DNA of 64,000 nucleotides. Origin: Octopus sinensis. Lineage: Eukaryota. Position 1 is the first letter of the stretch. Each line of letters begins with the position of its first letter. The notes below the pieces were generated by a model. It was not told the DNA's origin, did no database searches, and saw only the letters and a program-made list of their open reading frames with translations. Below, piece by piece: positions 41,012 to 53,902 of this stretch. The stretch spans positions 70,618,001 to 70,682,000 of the forward strand of contig NC_043006.1 in assembly GCF_006345805.1 (NCBI RefSeq), read 5' to 3'. Both the position numbers and the translations under genes were made by a program.

Positions 41012-41240
41012 ATATTATTCTTTAACAAGAACACCATTGACAGTGACTTCAAAGTTTCAGCCAACTAAACCCTCATCAGACTGTTTAATGATGGTTTAGC
41101 TGGTTGAAACTTCGAAGTCCCTGTCAAAACTATTCTTGTTAAAGGATAATAAGTTTGTACTCTGTAAAAAAATATTGAGTAATCGTCTGGTTTAATGTAA
41201 AATTGTTTTTATCATAACATAAAAACAAACATCAATACAT
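41012..41240 (+). mobile_element. Fold-back element with hammerhead-ribozyme cores (Penelope-like relic)
   Basis: About 60-bp imperfect inverted arms (41014-41071 and 41093-41152), followed by a conserved tail shared with 30040-30250 and 53495-53665. Confidence 0.75.
41040..41084 (-). ncRNA. Minimal type I hammerhead ribozyme motif
   Basis: ACAGU-CUGAUGA-GG guuuaguugg CU-GAAAC-uuugaa-GUC^ACUGU. The catalytic core is intact, stem I is a perfect 5 bp, and stems II and III are short. Confidence 0.65.
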
Positions 41241-41702
41241 ATATATAGTTCTTTATATATTTACACCCTTGTGTGTGTGGGTGTATATATAAAAGGATAT
41301 GTGTGCATATAACCATAAATGTTTATTTATTTTCAAGGATATGTATCAATAATGTAATTATTCACATACAGTACATCCATCAATATGTAGGAGTGTGAAC
41401 AAATAGTCTAGGGTTTTGTTTTATTTTGATCTATTTTCAAGCTGTGTCAGGTAAAATACATGACAGTAGCTCATTTTAAACATTCTTCTGTGAAGTTTTA
41501 CAGTTTTATTAGTGTTATTTATGGACAATATAAATTTCACACACCACATTTTATTGGAGATGGAAAAAAGAAAGAGAAGGAAAAAAAAATTAATATTCAT
41601 TTGCTTACTGTCATACACACACACACACTTGTATGGAAACTTCTTTCAAAAGGTTTGTGTCATTCTATTTTTCTAAGATTTTTAAAGTAAATTTTTCTTC
41701 AC

Positions 41703-43410
41703 GGGCACAGCTGTGTGGTAAGAAGCTTGCTTCTCAACCACATGGTTCTGGGTTCAGTCCCTCTGCGTGGCACTAGTCTTCTACTATAGCCTCAGGCCAA
41801 CCAAAGCCTTGTAAGTGAATTTGGTACACAGAAACTGAAAGAAGCCCATCATATATATATATGTATATGTATATATATTTGTGTGTGTTTCTTTGCATCA
41901 GTGTTTGTTTCCCCACTATCACTTGACAGCCGATGTTGGTATGTTCATGTCCCCATAACTTAGCAGTTCAGCAAAGATGACTGATAGAATAAATATTGTG
42001 CTTACAAAGAATGGGTCCTGGGGTCGATTTCTTCAACTGAAACCCTTTTAGGTGGTGCTCCTGCATGGCTGCTGTCAAATGACTGAAATGTGTAAAAGAA
42101 TAAGAGAATACACTCCGGTAGATTCAAATACAAAATATGCTTGTTACTGTTGTGTATGTCACAAAACAACTTCTCAGTTTTATGGTAACAATGTGTTCAT
42201 AACTGTTCGTTGATGTGGGGGTGTTTTGACATGTACCCCATAAATCAGAAATACCTGGACTTTATAAATCCTTTTATCTTTTACAGGTTTCAGTCTCTAG
42301 TTTGTGACCATACTGGGGCACCACCTTAAAAGGTTTACTTGAACAAATCCATCCTAATACTTATTTTGTTTTTTTAATCTTGGTACATATTTTATCGATA
42401 TCCTTTGCTGAACTGCTAAGTTATGAGGATGTAAACAAACAAACACCAGTTGTCAAGTGGTGTGGGTGTTGGACGAACACACACACACGTACAATGGGCT
42501 TATTTCAGTTTCTGTCTACACACCAGGGTGCCCATAGTGGGACTGAACCCAGAACTATGTGGTTGGGAAGCAAATGTCATTACCGCAAAGCACGTTTGGA
42601 AACATGGATTTGTAGACACATGCGTACATGTATGTGTATAGGCATATATAATTATATTCATACATATTTGTCAGTTTAATATGTATGAATAATATTAGAT
42701 ATTCTATGTAGAACAGGTGTGAATGTAGTTCCATACCTGTTAATGAAGGCTATTGTTTGTAAGCTAAAATTATAATTGTTCAGGAGGGAAACTGTTCAAA
42801 TTCTCATATTTTAGTCATACTGACTACCCTGACTCTTTTGTTTTAGTATATATATATATAGGCACAGGTATGGCTGTATGGTAAGTAGCTTACTTACCAA
42901 CCACATGATTCCGGGTTCAGTCCCACTACATGCCCACCTTAGGCCAGTGTCTTCTGCTATAGCCTCAGGCTGACCAAAGCCTTCTGAGTGGATTTGGTAG
43001 ATGGAAACTGAAAGAAGCCTGTCATATATATATATATATATATGGCATTAGGAAGGGCATCCAGCCGTAGAAACATTGCCAGATCAGACTGGGCCTGGTG
43101 CAGCCTTCTGGATTCCCAGACCCCAGTTGAATCGTCCAACCCATGCTAGCATGGAAAGCGGACGCTGAATGATGATGATGATGATGATGATATGTGTGTG
43201 TCTGTGTTTGCTGTCGCCCCCCCCCCATCATCGCTTGACCACCAATGTCGGTGTGTTTACATCCCTCTAAATTAGTGGTTCAACAAAAGAGACTGATAAG
43301 ATGATAAGTACTAGGCTCACAAAAAATACATCCTGGGGTCAATTTGTTCAACTAAAGGCACTGCTCCAGCATGGCCCCAGTCAAGTGACTGAAACATATA
43401 AAAGAATACA
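41703..43410. mobile_element. SINE A copies: plus 41703-42110, minus 42272-42590, plus 42860-43410 (with an RTE 3' end inserted at 43043-43190)
   Basis: Family motifs present. Confidence 0.85.
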
Positions 43411-43437
43411 TACATATATATATACACACACACATAT

Positions 43438-43826
43438 ATTGTTGCTATTATTTTAAACTGTCGTATGTCCAAATTTGGCCAAATGCGTTCTTTTTTCAAT
43501 GCTTAATTTTGCTTGCAATGGCCGGTTCTTTTGGTCAAATTATCATATCTCCAGCTGCTTCAGATGAAAATTGTCACAGTGTAGTACAACAGTTTAGAAT
43601 TTTTCAAAAGTATAGTAAGTCCCACATACAACAGTTTTGCAAAAATATTTCTGACTGAAAATATCATACATGCATGGAGTTAGGATTTTATGCACCCAAC
43701 AATGTATTATTGTTAAGCTGAAACTGTTGCTAATGTAAAAAGAAATGGAAGGGTGAAACTATTTTTTCTCTTTTCTGAAAAAGCAACGATTTGGACTTAC
43801 AACACTTTTGCATAATAGCAACACTG
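43438..43826. mobile_element. MITE with about 36-bp TIRs
   Basis: tgttgctattattttaaactgtcgtatgtccaaat versus the reverse-complemented end tgttgctattatgcaaaagtgttgtaagtccaaat. Confidence 0.75.
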
Positions 43827-44104
43827 GCTATACACACACATACATATATGTAACTAAGGTTCTGTGTCTAGTTGTGTGTGTGGTTGTCTGTGTGTAATTG
43901 TGATTGTGGTAACTGAATTCTCTAAACTGGTTTTGTTTTTATTTGCTTTCTGGTTTCTTACACAAACACAAGGCTAAAAATATGTCACACTCTGGTTATA
44001 CCAAGCACCCTAACCCCAGTATATGACTGATACTTATTGAATAGAGGCTCATTACACTGGAGAGTCTGTATTATTGCATTATGAAGAGCAGTTGATTGAA
44101 TCCA

Positions 44105-44512
44105 CTCATCATCATCATTTAATGTCCATTTTCCATGCTGGCATGGGTTGGATGGTTTGACTGGAGGCTACACCAGGCTCCAATCTGATCTGGCAATGTC
44201 TCTACAGCTGGATGCCCTTCCTAATGCCAACCACTCTGAGAGTGTAGTGGGTGTTTTTTACGTGCTACCAGCATGGGAGCCAGTCAGGGCAGTGGGCTGG
44301 CATCGACTATGTTTGGATGGTGTGGGGACAAACACACACACCAGTATGTACACATGTATATTTATGATGGGCTTCTTTCAGTTTCTATCTACCAAATCCA
44401 TTCACAAGGCTTTGGTCAGCCCGAGGCTGTAGTAGAGGACACTTGCCCAAAGTGCAATACAGTGGGACTGAACCCAAACCATGTGTTTGGGAAGCAATCT
44501 TCTTAATCACAG
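44105..44512 (-). mobile_element. RTE 3' end abutting the 5' half of a SINE A
   Basis: RTE tail at 44105-44320 and SINE A at 44320-44512. Confidence 0.75.
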
Positions 44513-44514
44513 TT

Positions 44515-45310
44515 AATGCTATGCCAAATTATATCAGAAATTGTTTCATATTCAACCAAAAAACAATATGCACTGAAGTTTGGATTTAAAAAATTTCAGT
44601 GTGTGACTTGAAGTGCATGACAGCTTTACAAATTCTTCTTGAATCTTCAAAGGAAAAAAATGATTCACCTGTTCCATTGATAAAGTGAATAAGATTTAGA
44701 CTAAATCTAAATTACAGCTGTCCATGTCTGCTACAAAATATTTGCAGAACTTTTTTTTCTTTTTCATTCATAGCAAAATGCTCAATTATGATCTGTTTAA
44801 TTGAATTATAAATGAAATTATTTTCACAGACAAAATTATCAGAACACATGGAAATATTTCAAATTTATCATTTTGTACTGGCATCTTTCCAAACGCTTAT
44901 GTTTTCATGAACAATTTCAGTTATACTTTCTGAAGTAAAAATGTTTGAGCTCTGCCACTGGAGAAGATATTTTAAGTTCATTAAACATCTCAAATACATC
45001 TGAGACAAACTGTATAATTTTCAAAGCCAGTTCTTATCATGGAAGAATTCTTCAAGATGTACATCCTTTTCTGATAAAAACAGCATTACTTGATATTTTA
45101 AGTCCACCAGTCCTCTCAAAACACATCTCTGATAATCACTGCATCTCTGTCTGGAGTAAATGTTTGCTCAACTCAGACCTTATATCCTGACAGATTTGTG
45201 AACAGATTGCTATTCAATGTATGGCTTTCTATATGAAGGTGATAAATTTTAACCACATCTTCTATAACTGCTGTTACTGCCTCTTGATGTATCATACAAT
45301 GTGTAAACCT
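44515..45310 (-). pseudogene. Decayed hAT (Charlie/Buster, ZBED5/SCAND3-like) transposase fragment
   Basis: Minus strand reads FTHCMIHQEA...VIEDVVKI...LNS.LF...LLQTEMQ*LS...SDVFEMFNEL...VQNDKFEIFP. This matches the hAT CxxH and TEVRWLS motifs, with many frameshifts. Confidence 0.7.
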
Positions 45311-45830
45311 AGAAAATACATTGCATACAGGTCGTTTAAACATTCAGATTACTCTGTCAAATATAATTTTTATTTATTTACATTGTTTTGAATTAATAAT
45401 GTATTGTTTTGTTTAAATTCTGCCAAGGTTGACTTTGCCTTTCATCCTTTTGGGGTTGATAAATTAAGTACCAGTTGCGTTTTGGGGTCGATCTAATCGA
45501 CTTCCCCCCCTCTCCCAAAATTTCGGGCCTTGTGCCTAGTGTATAAAAGAATTGTACTGAATAATTATTGCTAATTTCTACAGTTTTTATACTTGCCATA
45601 TCATTTGACAGTGGAACCTTCCTTATTTCATACTGAAAGATATTTCCTCGAAAAATGTCTTTGACACTTATTCTGCCATTATTTATCTTTTATCTTCTAC
45701 TTGTTTCAGTCAATAGACTGTGGTCATGCTGGGGCACTGCCTTGGAGAATTTTTTTTTGAAAGCCTGGTACTTGTACTGATTGCTATACACTAGTTGTCA
45801 AATGGTCATAGGGGACAGGCACCATGATAT

Positions 45831-46167
45831 CAGAGACCCCTTTCGGTCACGAATAACCATGAGATTGCACCTAGAAAGTTACCCTCTGAGGCACAAGTCT
45901 GGGCAAGGTTGTTTATAGAAGACGAGCAGTTGCCCAAGCATACCAGCCTCCCCTCTCCACGCCACCGATGTTATCCACAGGAAGGGCAAAGGCCGATACA
46001 GCTTGGCACCAGTGATGTTGCAACTCATTTCTACAGCTGAGTGAACTGGAGCAACATGAAATAAAGTGTCTTGCTCAAGAACACAACACGCAGCCCGGTC
46101 CGGGATTCGAACTCACAACTTCAAGGTTGTAAGTTCGATGCTCTAACCACTGAGCCATGTGCCTTGA
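45831..46167 (-). mobile_element. SINE family D nested in a SINE A (45685-46400 minus)
   Basis: 11-bp TSD caccatgatat (45820-45830 and 46168-46178). The minus strand carries B-box gagttcgaatccc. Confidence 0.9.
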
Positions 46168-46554
46168 CACCATGATATGCCTATGGATATATATATATAT
46201 ATGTATGTACATATATATATATGTGTGTGTGTGTATATGATGAACTTTTTTCAGTTTCCGTCAACCAAATCCAATTACAAGGCTTTGGTTAGCCTAAGAT
46301 TATAGTAGAAGATACTTGCCCAAGGCACCATGCAGTTGGACTGAACCCAGAACCATGTGGTTGGGAAGCAAACTTCTAACTATACAGCCATCCCAGTACC
46401 TATTAAGAGAATAGTTTTCTTCTGTGTATATTTCAAGAATATTTTACATGCAGAGAGAAAATGGCTCTATAAAGGACATGAAAAATATTTGAATATTTTC
46501 CCTGAAAGTTCCCCAAGTAGTTAGTTCTAGTTTTGGTTGCAGATACATCCTGCG

Positions 46555-46872
46555 GTGCACAGGGATGCTTCTGGGGTCTCAGGGTGTTTTGGGTTTTTCC
46601 AGCATCAGATCCTCCTCACTTAGTGGGGTCTGTGGGTGCACTGGGATGCTTCTGGGGTCTTAGGGTGTTTTGGGTCTTTCAACATCAGATCCCCCTCACT
46701 TAATGGGGTTTGCAGGTGCACTGGGATGTTTCTGGGGTCTCCGGGTGTTTCAGATCTTTCAAAATCAGATCCCCCTCACCTAGTGAGGTCTGTGGGTGCA
46801 CTGCAATGTTTCTGGAGTCTCAGGGTGTTTTAGGCCTTTCAACATTAGACACCCCTCACCTAGTGAGGACTG
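46555..46872. repeat. Tandem repeat, 4 x 80-81 bp
   Basis: gtgcac unit starts at 46555, 46636, 46716 and 46796. Confidence 0.9.
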
Positions 46873-47279
46873 ATATGGGATCTTTTTAACAGCATCATCA
46901 TCATCACCACCACCACCACCACCATGGTCAATAAATAAGTTTATAGACTAGCAATTAAAACCATCACTACTACCACTAGTTACTATTAATACTACTGGTT
47001 ATTATACTGGTACTAGAGATTAGTTGTTTATACTAATTTTATCTGTGGGGGTGGTAGTAGTTGTGGTGGTGGTGTGTGTGTGGAAACTATGACACTGTGT
47101 GTGTTTGTGTGACTGTGTGTGTGTCAGTAGTGTATGTTTGTGTCAGTAGTGTATGTGTGTGTGAATTCTTTGCTGAGTCATTACAAGTGCCTCTTCAACA
47201 AGAAGCAGCTGAAACTGTCTCAGAAAGTCACTCCACAGATGAAGACTGGGATGAAGACAATGATGGGGTGGAGGTGGGT

Positions 47280-47695
47280 TGTGGAGTTGTGGTGGTGGTG
47301 GTGGTGGTGGAGTGGTGATGATGACAATAGTGATGATTGTGGTGGTAGTGGTAGTGTGGATGATGATGATGTTGAAGACAGTGGTCATAATGATGAGGAT
47401 GATTGTAATAGAGTGGCGGTGGTGATGATGATGGTGAAGACAATGATGGTGGTGGTGGTTATAATGATGTTGGTGTAAATAATGATGATGACAATGATAA
47501 TGGTGGTGGTGGTGGTAGTGATGCTGATGTAAATGATGATGATGATGATGAAGACAATGATAATGGTGGTGGTGGTAGTAATGATGTTGATGTAGATGAT
47601 GATGATGATGAAGAAGAAAATGATAATGGTGGTGGTGGTGGTGGTGGTTATAATGATGTTGGTGTAGATGATGGTGGTGGTGTTGGTATTGATGA
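47280..47695. repeat. (GGT)/(GAT) trinucleotide array with an about 60-bp higher-order period
   Basis: Recurring gacaatgat...ggtggt...tgatgttggtgta blocks. Confidence 0.85.
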
Positions 47696-48276
47696 GTCAA
47701 TGTATTTGTGGCCCAAATATGATGAATCTTGCACCTAATGTCTTTTACATTACCAGTGTTTCAAGATTGCCGCCAACCACTAATGGTTTTTATTTGTTCT
47801 TATTTGTTCACCTTATTTCTCTGAGAAATCGCCATATTAGTCCACCCACAATCTTCCTTTCATCTAAGCAACCCCCATCTCCAAACTCCACTCCATCCCT
47901 GTCCATTCCCTCTAACCATGCACTTACAAGGCTGTAAGTCTTTTCATTCTCTATCTGTATGTGTATGTATGCATATGTGGGTGGTCGTATGTATGTGTGT
48001 ATACATGTGTGTGTCGTGGGTGTCTTTTACCTTTCTCTTTTCTTTTTTATTTGTTTCAGTCATTCCACTGTGGCCAAGCTGGGGCACTGATTTCAAAGCC
48101 CATACTTAATTTGTTTTTTTATTTCTGCTACTTATTTCAGTGTTTTTTTTTTGGGTTTTTTCCCAAACTGCAAATTTAGAGGGGTGTAAACAAACCAACA
48201 CCAGTTGTCAAGTGGCAGTAGGGAAACAAATACAAGTACAAACTCACATGTATATATATATATATATATATATATA

Positions 48277-48454
48277 CAGTAATCTCTCGACATATTGTGC
48301 ACTCAGTACATCATGGTTCACCTGTTGCACACGCAGTACATTGTGGATTTTTCTGACTAATATGTCTAAATTTATATCTCAGACTCCTCAGTATATCACA
48401 GGTTTCTGTGGGAGGTTTTGGAATGTATAACACCTGCGATAGTCGAGGGATTAC

Positions 48455-48456
<2 letters not shown>
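48277..48456. mobile_element. Tigger/pogo-type MITE, 180 bp
   Basis: TIRs cagtaatctctcgac / gtcgagggattactg, inserted in (TA)n. Confidence 0.8.
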
Positions 48457-48500
<44 letters not shown>

Positions 48501-48539
48501 AGGCTGCATCCACTGGTGGAGAGGATTGTCCTAGAAGAG

Positions 48540-48752
48540 TCCTGTGCTAGTACCACATAAAAGTATTTGTCCTGGTGCCACATTAAATGCACACAGCACA
48601 CACTGTAAAGTGGTTGGCATTAGGAAGGGCATCCAGCCATAGAAACCAAGCCACATCAGACCGGAACGTGGCACAGCTCTGTAGCCTGCCACCTCTGGTC
48701 AAACCGTCCAACCCATGCCAGCATGGAAAACAGACTTGAAGGATGATGATGA
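48540..48752 (+). mobile_element. RTE 3' end
   Basis: ggttggcattaggaagggcatcc...(GAT)n. Confidence 0.75.
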
Positions 48753-49417
48753 TAGTCGACTGGTGTTGAGCGATGGCCAGTAGCCACTTGTATGCTGGTT
48801 CTACCATGTGATATGAACCAGCCAATGAGAATGAGCCCTGGTCAGCATCCAATAACAATTAGTTTTCATTTTGATGTAGTGACTGCTTTGACACTGAGAA
48901 TTAAGCATCCAAACGATCAGATTGGATTATGTGTTTTTATTAATTTTTCCTTTGTTTTTATGCACCATACTTCACGTATGATTTTGTATTATCCATCAGA
49001 GCAAAGGAATGAGCTGATGAAATAAGAATTCCTTAGTGATGGAGATGGCAATGGTTATTCATGTAGTAACGAGCAACAGTAATGATCGTACTGGTGATGA
49101 TAATGACGGTGCTGTTTGTTTTGAATCTGATTACAAGGGTGATGTTGGTGATGATAATGATGTTGAGGAAATGATAATTATTTTGTCATCTGCAAAAGAG
49201 AAATTGTGTAGTTATTAATGTTGTTTTAAATTTCTTCCTCTTTCACCACCACCTCCATCACAACCACCACCACCACCACCATCATCATCATCACCATAAC
49301 CATCATTCCATCACAGTCACTTATACCATCACCATCATCGCCACTATTGTTGTTGCTGTTGTTATTAAAGAAATTGTAAAACTTCATTGTGTAATGGTGA
49401 CTTCATGCTCAAATTAG

Positions 49418-49453
<36 letters not shown>

Positions 49454-50842
49454 CTCTCTACTTCCTCACTCTTTCGCTCACCTCAAAGACATATACAGAA
49501 ATCTGAAGACAATTACAAGAGGAAAAAAACACTTCCTCTTTCACCCTCTCCCCATTTTAAGCTTATTTTGTTAACTATTTTTTTGCTAATATTTTCTTCA
49601 TTTTTATGTATTTATTTATTCATTTATTTGTTTATTTATTTATTGCTGCCAAAAAGTTTCAGCCCTGATTATTTCAAGCTTCCTTTCCGAATTCAGCAAT
49701 CAATCACAGCATAATCTCTCTCTCTCTCTCTCTCTCTCTTCTCTTTCTCTCTCTCTCTCTCTCTTTCACCACCCCACACACATACTTGCACATACCATCT
49801 TTAAAGGATTTTTTTTTCCATCCTTACGACTGCCACTCCATCTTCTGCAGGTGTGTGAGTGTGTGTGTATGTTTGTGTGTGTGAGTGTGTGTGGTGAGAA
49901 GGCTGCCAATACCACCCCTTCTACTTCTGGGTGGATATAGAGAGAGAGAGAGAGAGAAAGCGCAATGATAGAACAATGCTAGAACAAGCACCTTGTCAGT
50001 CAATTTAGTGTGTTGTCAGAATACTGATGGTACTCCGAGTGTACTATCTTGCACGTTGCTAATTAACTGGTGCCGATCACTGCAGTTCATAACCACCACC
50101 AATGATGTTTGTGGTGGGGAGGAGACAGATTACAAGAAGAGGTGGATCTGGGTTGATGGGAACTGGAACATTTCTCAACAAAGCATTTTCCTGAAGAGTT
50201 CCTTGTGAAAATCAAAAGAAACACAAGAAAGAATCCACCCACCCACCACCTATAGTTGTGTCAGCTGATGGAGCTTCATTCACCTTCAACAACTACAATC
50301 TTCGCTCTCTCAATAAAAACAACAACAGCTATAATAATAATAATAATAATAATAATGGTTTCAAAAGTTTGGCACAAAGCCAATCAGCAATTTCAGGGCC
50401 GGGGTTAAGTTGATTACATGAACCCCAGTATTCAACTGGTACTACTACTATTACTACTAATAATAATCATCATCATCATCATCATCATCAACGTTTAACG
50501 TCCGTTTTCCATGCTAGCATGGGTTGGACGGTTCAACTGGGAAGCCAGAAGGCTGCGCCAGGCCCAGTCTGATCTGGCAGTGTTTCTACAGCTGGGTGCT
50601 TTTTACGTGCCACTTGCACGTAATAATAATAATAATAATAATAGTAATAATGTGAATTTTTGATTTTGCATTTTATTCCTTCTTACAGTTGGCTTGTCAG
50701 CCCTTTTAGTTTCGCTAGACCCCAGTGTTGAGCTCAATCCTGGGCCAATGGATTTTGTACCATTCAAATACGAATCAGAAATTGAGAAATCAGCATTTCT
50801 CTTCATCTTAAAAATAATAATAATTATACAAGGTGTTAGAGA

Positions 50843-50998
50843 TACAAGGTGTTAGAGCACTGAAGGCCAGATATAGTAACCTTTATGAGGGACAAACAAG
50901 AGTGCCTAATAATCGACGTGGCAGTGCCAGGAGATCAACATATCATCATGAAAGAAAGAGAAAAGGTTGATAAATATGGAGACCTGAGAATTGAGATT
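50843..50998 (+). pseudogene. R4/Dong-clade non-LTR retrotransposon restriction-like endonuclease fragment
   Basis: VLEH*RPDIVTFMRDKQECLIIDVAVPGDQHIIMKEREKVDKYGDLRIEI, a PD..D/E..K-type REL motif. Confidence 0.8.
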
Positions 50999-51944
50999 GA
51001 AATTTGAGGGAGGGGGATAGTCAATTACATTGACACCAGTGTTTTACTGGTACTTCATTTATTAACACCGAGAGGATGAAAGGCAAAGTCGACCTCGGTG
51101 GAATTTGAACATGGAACATAGTGGCAGATGAAATACCACTAAGCACTTCGCCTGGTGTGCTAATGATTCTGCCAGGTCACTGCCTTAATAATAGTAATAA
51201 TAATCTTCGTTCAATTTCAGCACTGACAATCTTCGTATCCGTCCCTTCCCCATAAATATTCTAGCAAAGAATCATTTTTCCATAGAATGTGTTTTGTAAC
51301 AATATTTATTTATTTATTTCTACTACTACACCCTTCCTTGTATATTGTGAATTTGTTTTGTCATCATCATCATCACCATCCCTGGCACCGTAACCACATT
51401 TATCATCAATACCACATCACCACTACATCGTCGCCATCACCAACACCATCTCCATTAGATCCAATTTTCTATATAGTCCATAGTGATATATTGCTTTGGA
51501 CCCTATCTCGTTGCATGTACCAGTTACACCATCAAAAGAATCTTTACTTGGTCACTCAGTCTAGACCTAGATGGACATGGTATCAAGTGGATGGATAGTC
51601 ATGTCTAGAACATATTTCCTCTGTTTTTGTTGGAATGGTCATTTGTCTGTATTCCCTTCTTGCCACCACCCTCCACATTAAAGTAATTGTATTGGAAGGG
51701 CCAGGGTCTCTTTCTCTTTTTAATAAGACTATTTAAAAATGTAATGAATGAGTCCACAGCAAGATATTTGGTTATTTCAACCAACAGTCAGTGCATATAC
51801 ACTCACACACACATACATACATCAACATTGTGGTTTTCACATCTGCATTTCCTTGCTTGCATGGGTCAGATGAAACTTGATGAAGCACACTTTTCTACAC
51901 CTGGTTGATGTTCTTTCTCCCTGTCAACAAAATATATATATATA

Positions 51945-52126
51945 TATTCTTTTATTTGTTTCAGTCATTTGATTGTGACCATGCTAGAGCGCCACCTTTA
52001 GTCGAACAAATCGACCCCAAGACTTATTCTTTGTAAGCCTAGTACCTATTCTACTGGTCTCTTTTGCAGAACCACTAAGTTATGGGGTTGTTAACACACC
52101 AACACACACATACATATATATGTATG

Positions 52127-52169
<43 letters not shown>

Positions 52170-52352
52170 ACACACACACATATGTATGTATATGACAGGC
52201 TTCTAGTTTCTGTCTACCAAATCTACTCACAAGGCTTTGGTTGGTCCAAGGCTATAGTAGAAGACAGTTGCCCAAGGTGCCACACAGTGGAGCTGGAAAC
52301 CCGGAACCATGTGGTTGGAAAGCAAGCTATTTACCAACACAGCCACTCCTGC
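51945..52352 (-). mobile_element. SINE family A
   Basis: Family motifs present. Confidence 0.85.
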
Positions 52353-52704
52353 ATATATATATATATCTTTTAAATTTGTTTATGGTAATGCTAAGGGAAT
52401 GCAGATAAAGCTCCTATTTCATTGTGCTGGCTATCGTCTAATGATACTGAATAGTGAGTCAGTTTTTTGGGGTTGCATCATGGTTATACCGATATAATGT
52501 ATGCCAAGGAATTGGATTCTGATGTTGAAATCATGTGATTTGTGGAAACGTGCATAGCAATGTACCAAATATTTATGAATTCCATCCCAGAATTATTGTT
52601 GTTATTGTTATTATAATAATGTCCATCTACTGGTCATTTCAAAAATGTAACTACATGTTGGGTCTACGCTGTGACTGCAAAGACCCGACAAATGAAGTAG
52701 GGTG

Positions 52705-53115
52705 ACCCGCTGTGCTTGAGGAGACCTATTGAGTCAAGTATGTCAACATCAACATCAAATAAAAATCAAATGGAAATTGTAGTTATGATACCTGTACCGG
52801 AGGCACATAAAAAGCACCATCAAAATGTGGCTGATGCCAGCACCGCCTGACTGGCGTCTGTGTCAGTGACACATAAAAAGCACCAACCAAACGTGGCCAT
52901 TTGCCAGCTTCCTCTGGGCCCCTATGCTGGTGGCACGTAAAAACACCCACTACACTCATGAAGTGGTTGGCATTGGGAAGGGCATCCAGTTGTAGAAACA
53001 CTGCCAGATCAGACTGGAGCCTGGCGCAGCCTCCTGGCTTCCCAGACCGTGGTCGAACCATCCAACCCATGCTAGCATGGAAAACAGACATTAAACGATG
53101 ATGATGATGATGATG
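52705..53115 (+). mobile_element. RTE 3' end (long 3' UTR)
   Basis: Approximate reverse complement of 15571-16065, with a (GAT)n tail. Confidence 0.85.
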
Positions 53116-53422
53116 TCGACTGTTGGTTATTTTTTGTTCCTCCTTCTTCCTTTTCTTTTAGACTTTCCTATATCTCCTGCTTCCAAAGAAAGCTATGCTT
53201 GAAACATAAAACAACCACTCTTTCTTTCCTTTCCTGAGTGTCTCATTAATACTTTGCATGTACTACATCCTTGTGTTGTCTTTTTCTCTCAGTTTTTTTT
53301 TTTCAGTCAACAGATGAGATCTAGAGATGCTTAATATAGAAAACTTGTAGTAGTGCTTAAATCACATTTATCAGCATCACTATCTATCCCTCTCTTATTT
53401 ATTTATTTATTATATATATCTA

Positions 53423-53471
<49 letters not shown>

Positions 53472-53494
53472 ATATATATATATATATATATATA

Positions 53495-53665
53495 TTATAC
53501 TGTATGTAGTCTGGTGATAGGTTAGGTGGCTGAAACTTGAAGTCACTGTCAATGTTATTCTTGTTAAAGGATAATAAATTTGTACTCTGCAAAAAAAGTA
53601 TTGAGTACTCATTCAGTTTAATGTAAAATTGTTTCTATTATAACATAAAAACAACCGTCAATACA
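53495..53665 (+). mobile_element. Fold-back/hammerhead element, single arm
   Basis: tagt-CTGGTGA-taggttaggtggct-GAAAC-ttgaa-GTC-actg, with a tail homologous to 41120-41240. Confidence 0.7.
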
Positions 53666-53902
53666 TGTATGTATGTATGTATGTATGTATGTATATATAA
53701 TATATATATATATATATATACTGTGCTGCAACTTGGGTGTTTTTTGCTATAGCCCTAGATTGACTTGTGCATAGATTTGGTAAGCGGAAACTGTAGATGC
53801 TCATCATGTATATATGTGTGTGTGCATTTGTGTCTGTGTTTGTCCTGCTCCATCACCTACTTACAACTGAAGTTGGTTTGTTTATGTTCCCTTAGCTTAG
53901 CA

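Noticed and set aside
47143-47700. His-rich 185-aa ORF suggestive of cephalopod His-rich structural proteins
   Set aside because: It is a translation of a CAT/CAC microsatellite, with no signal peptide or Gly/Ala-His repeat pattern.
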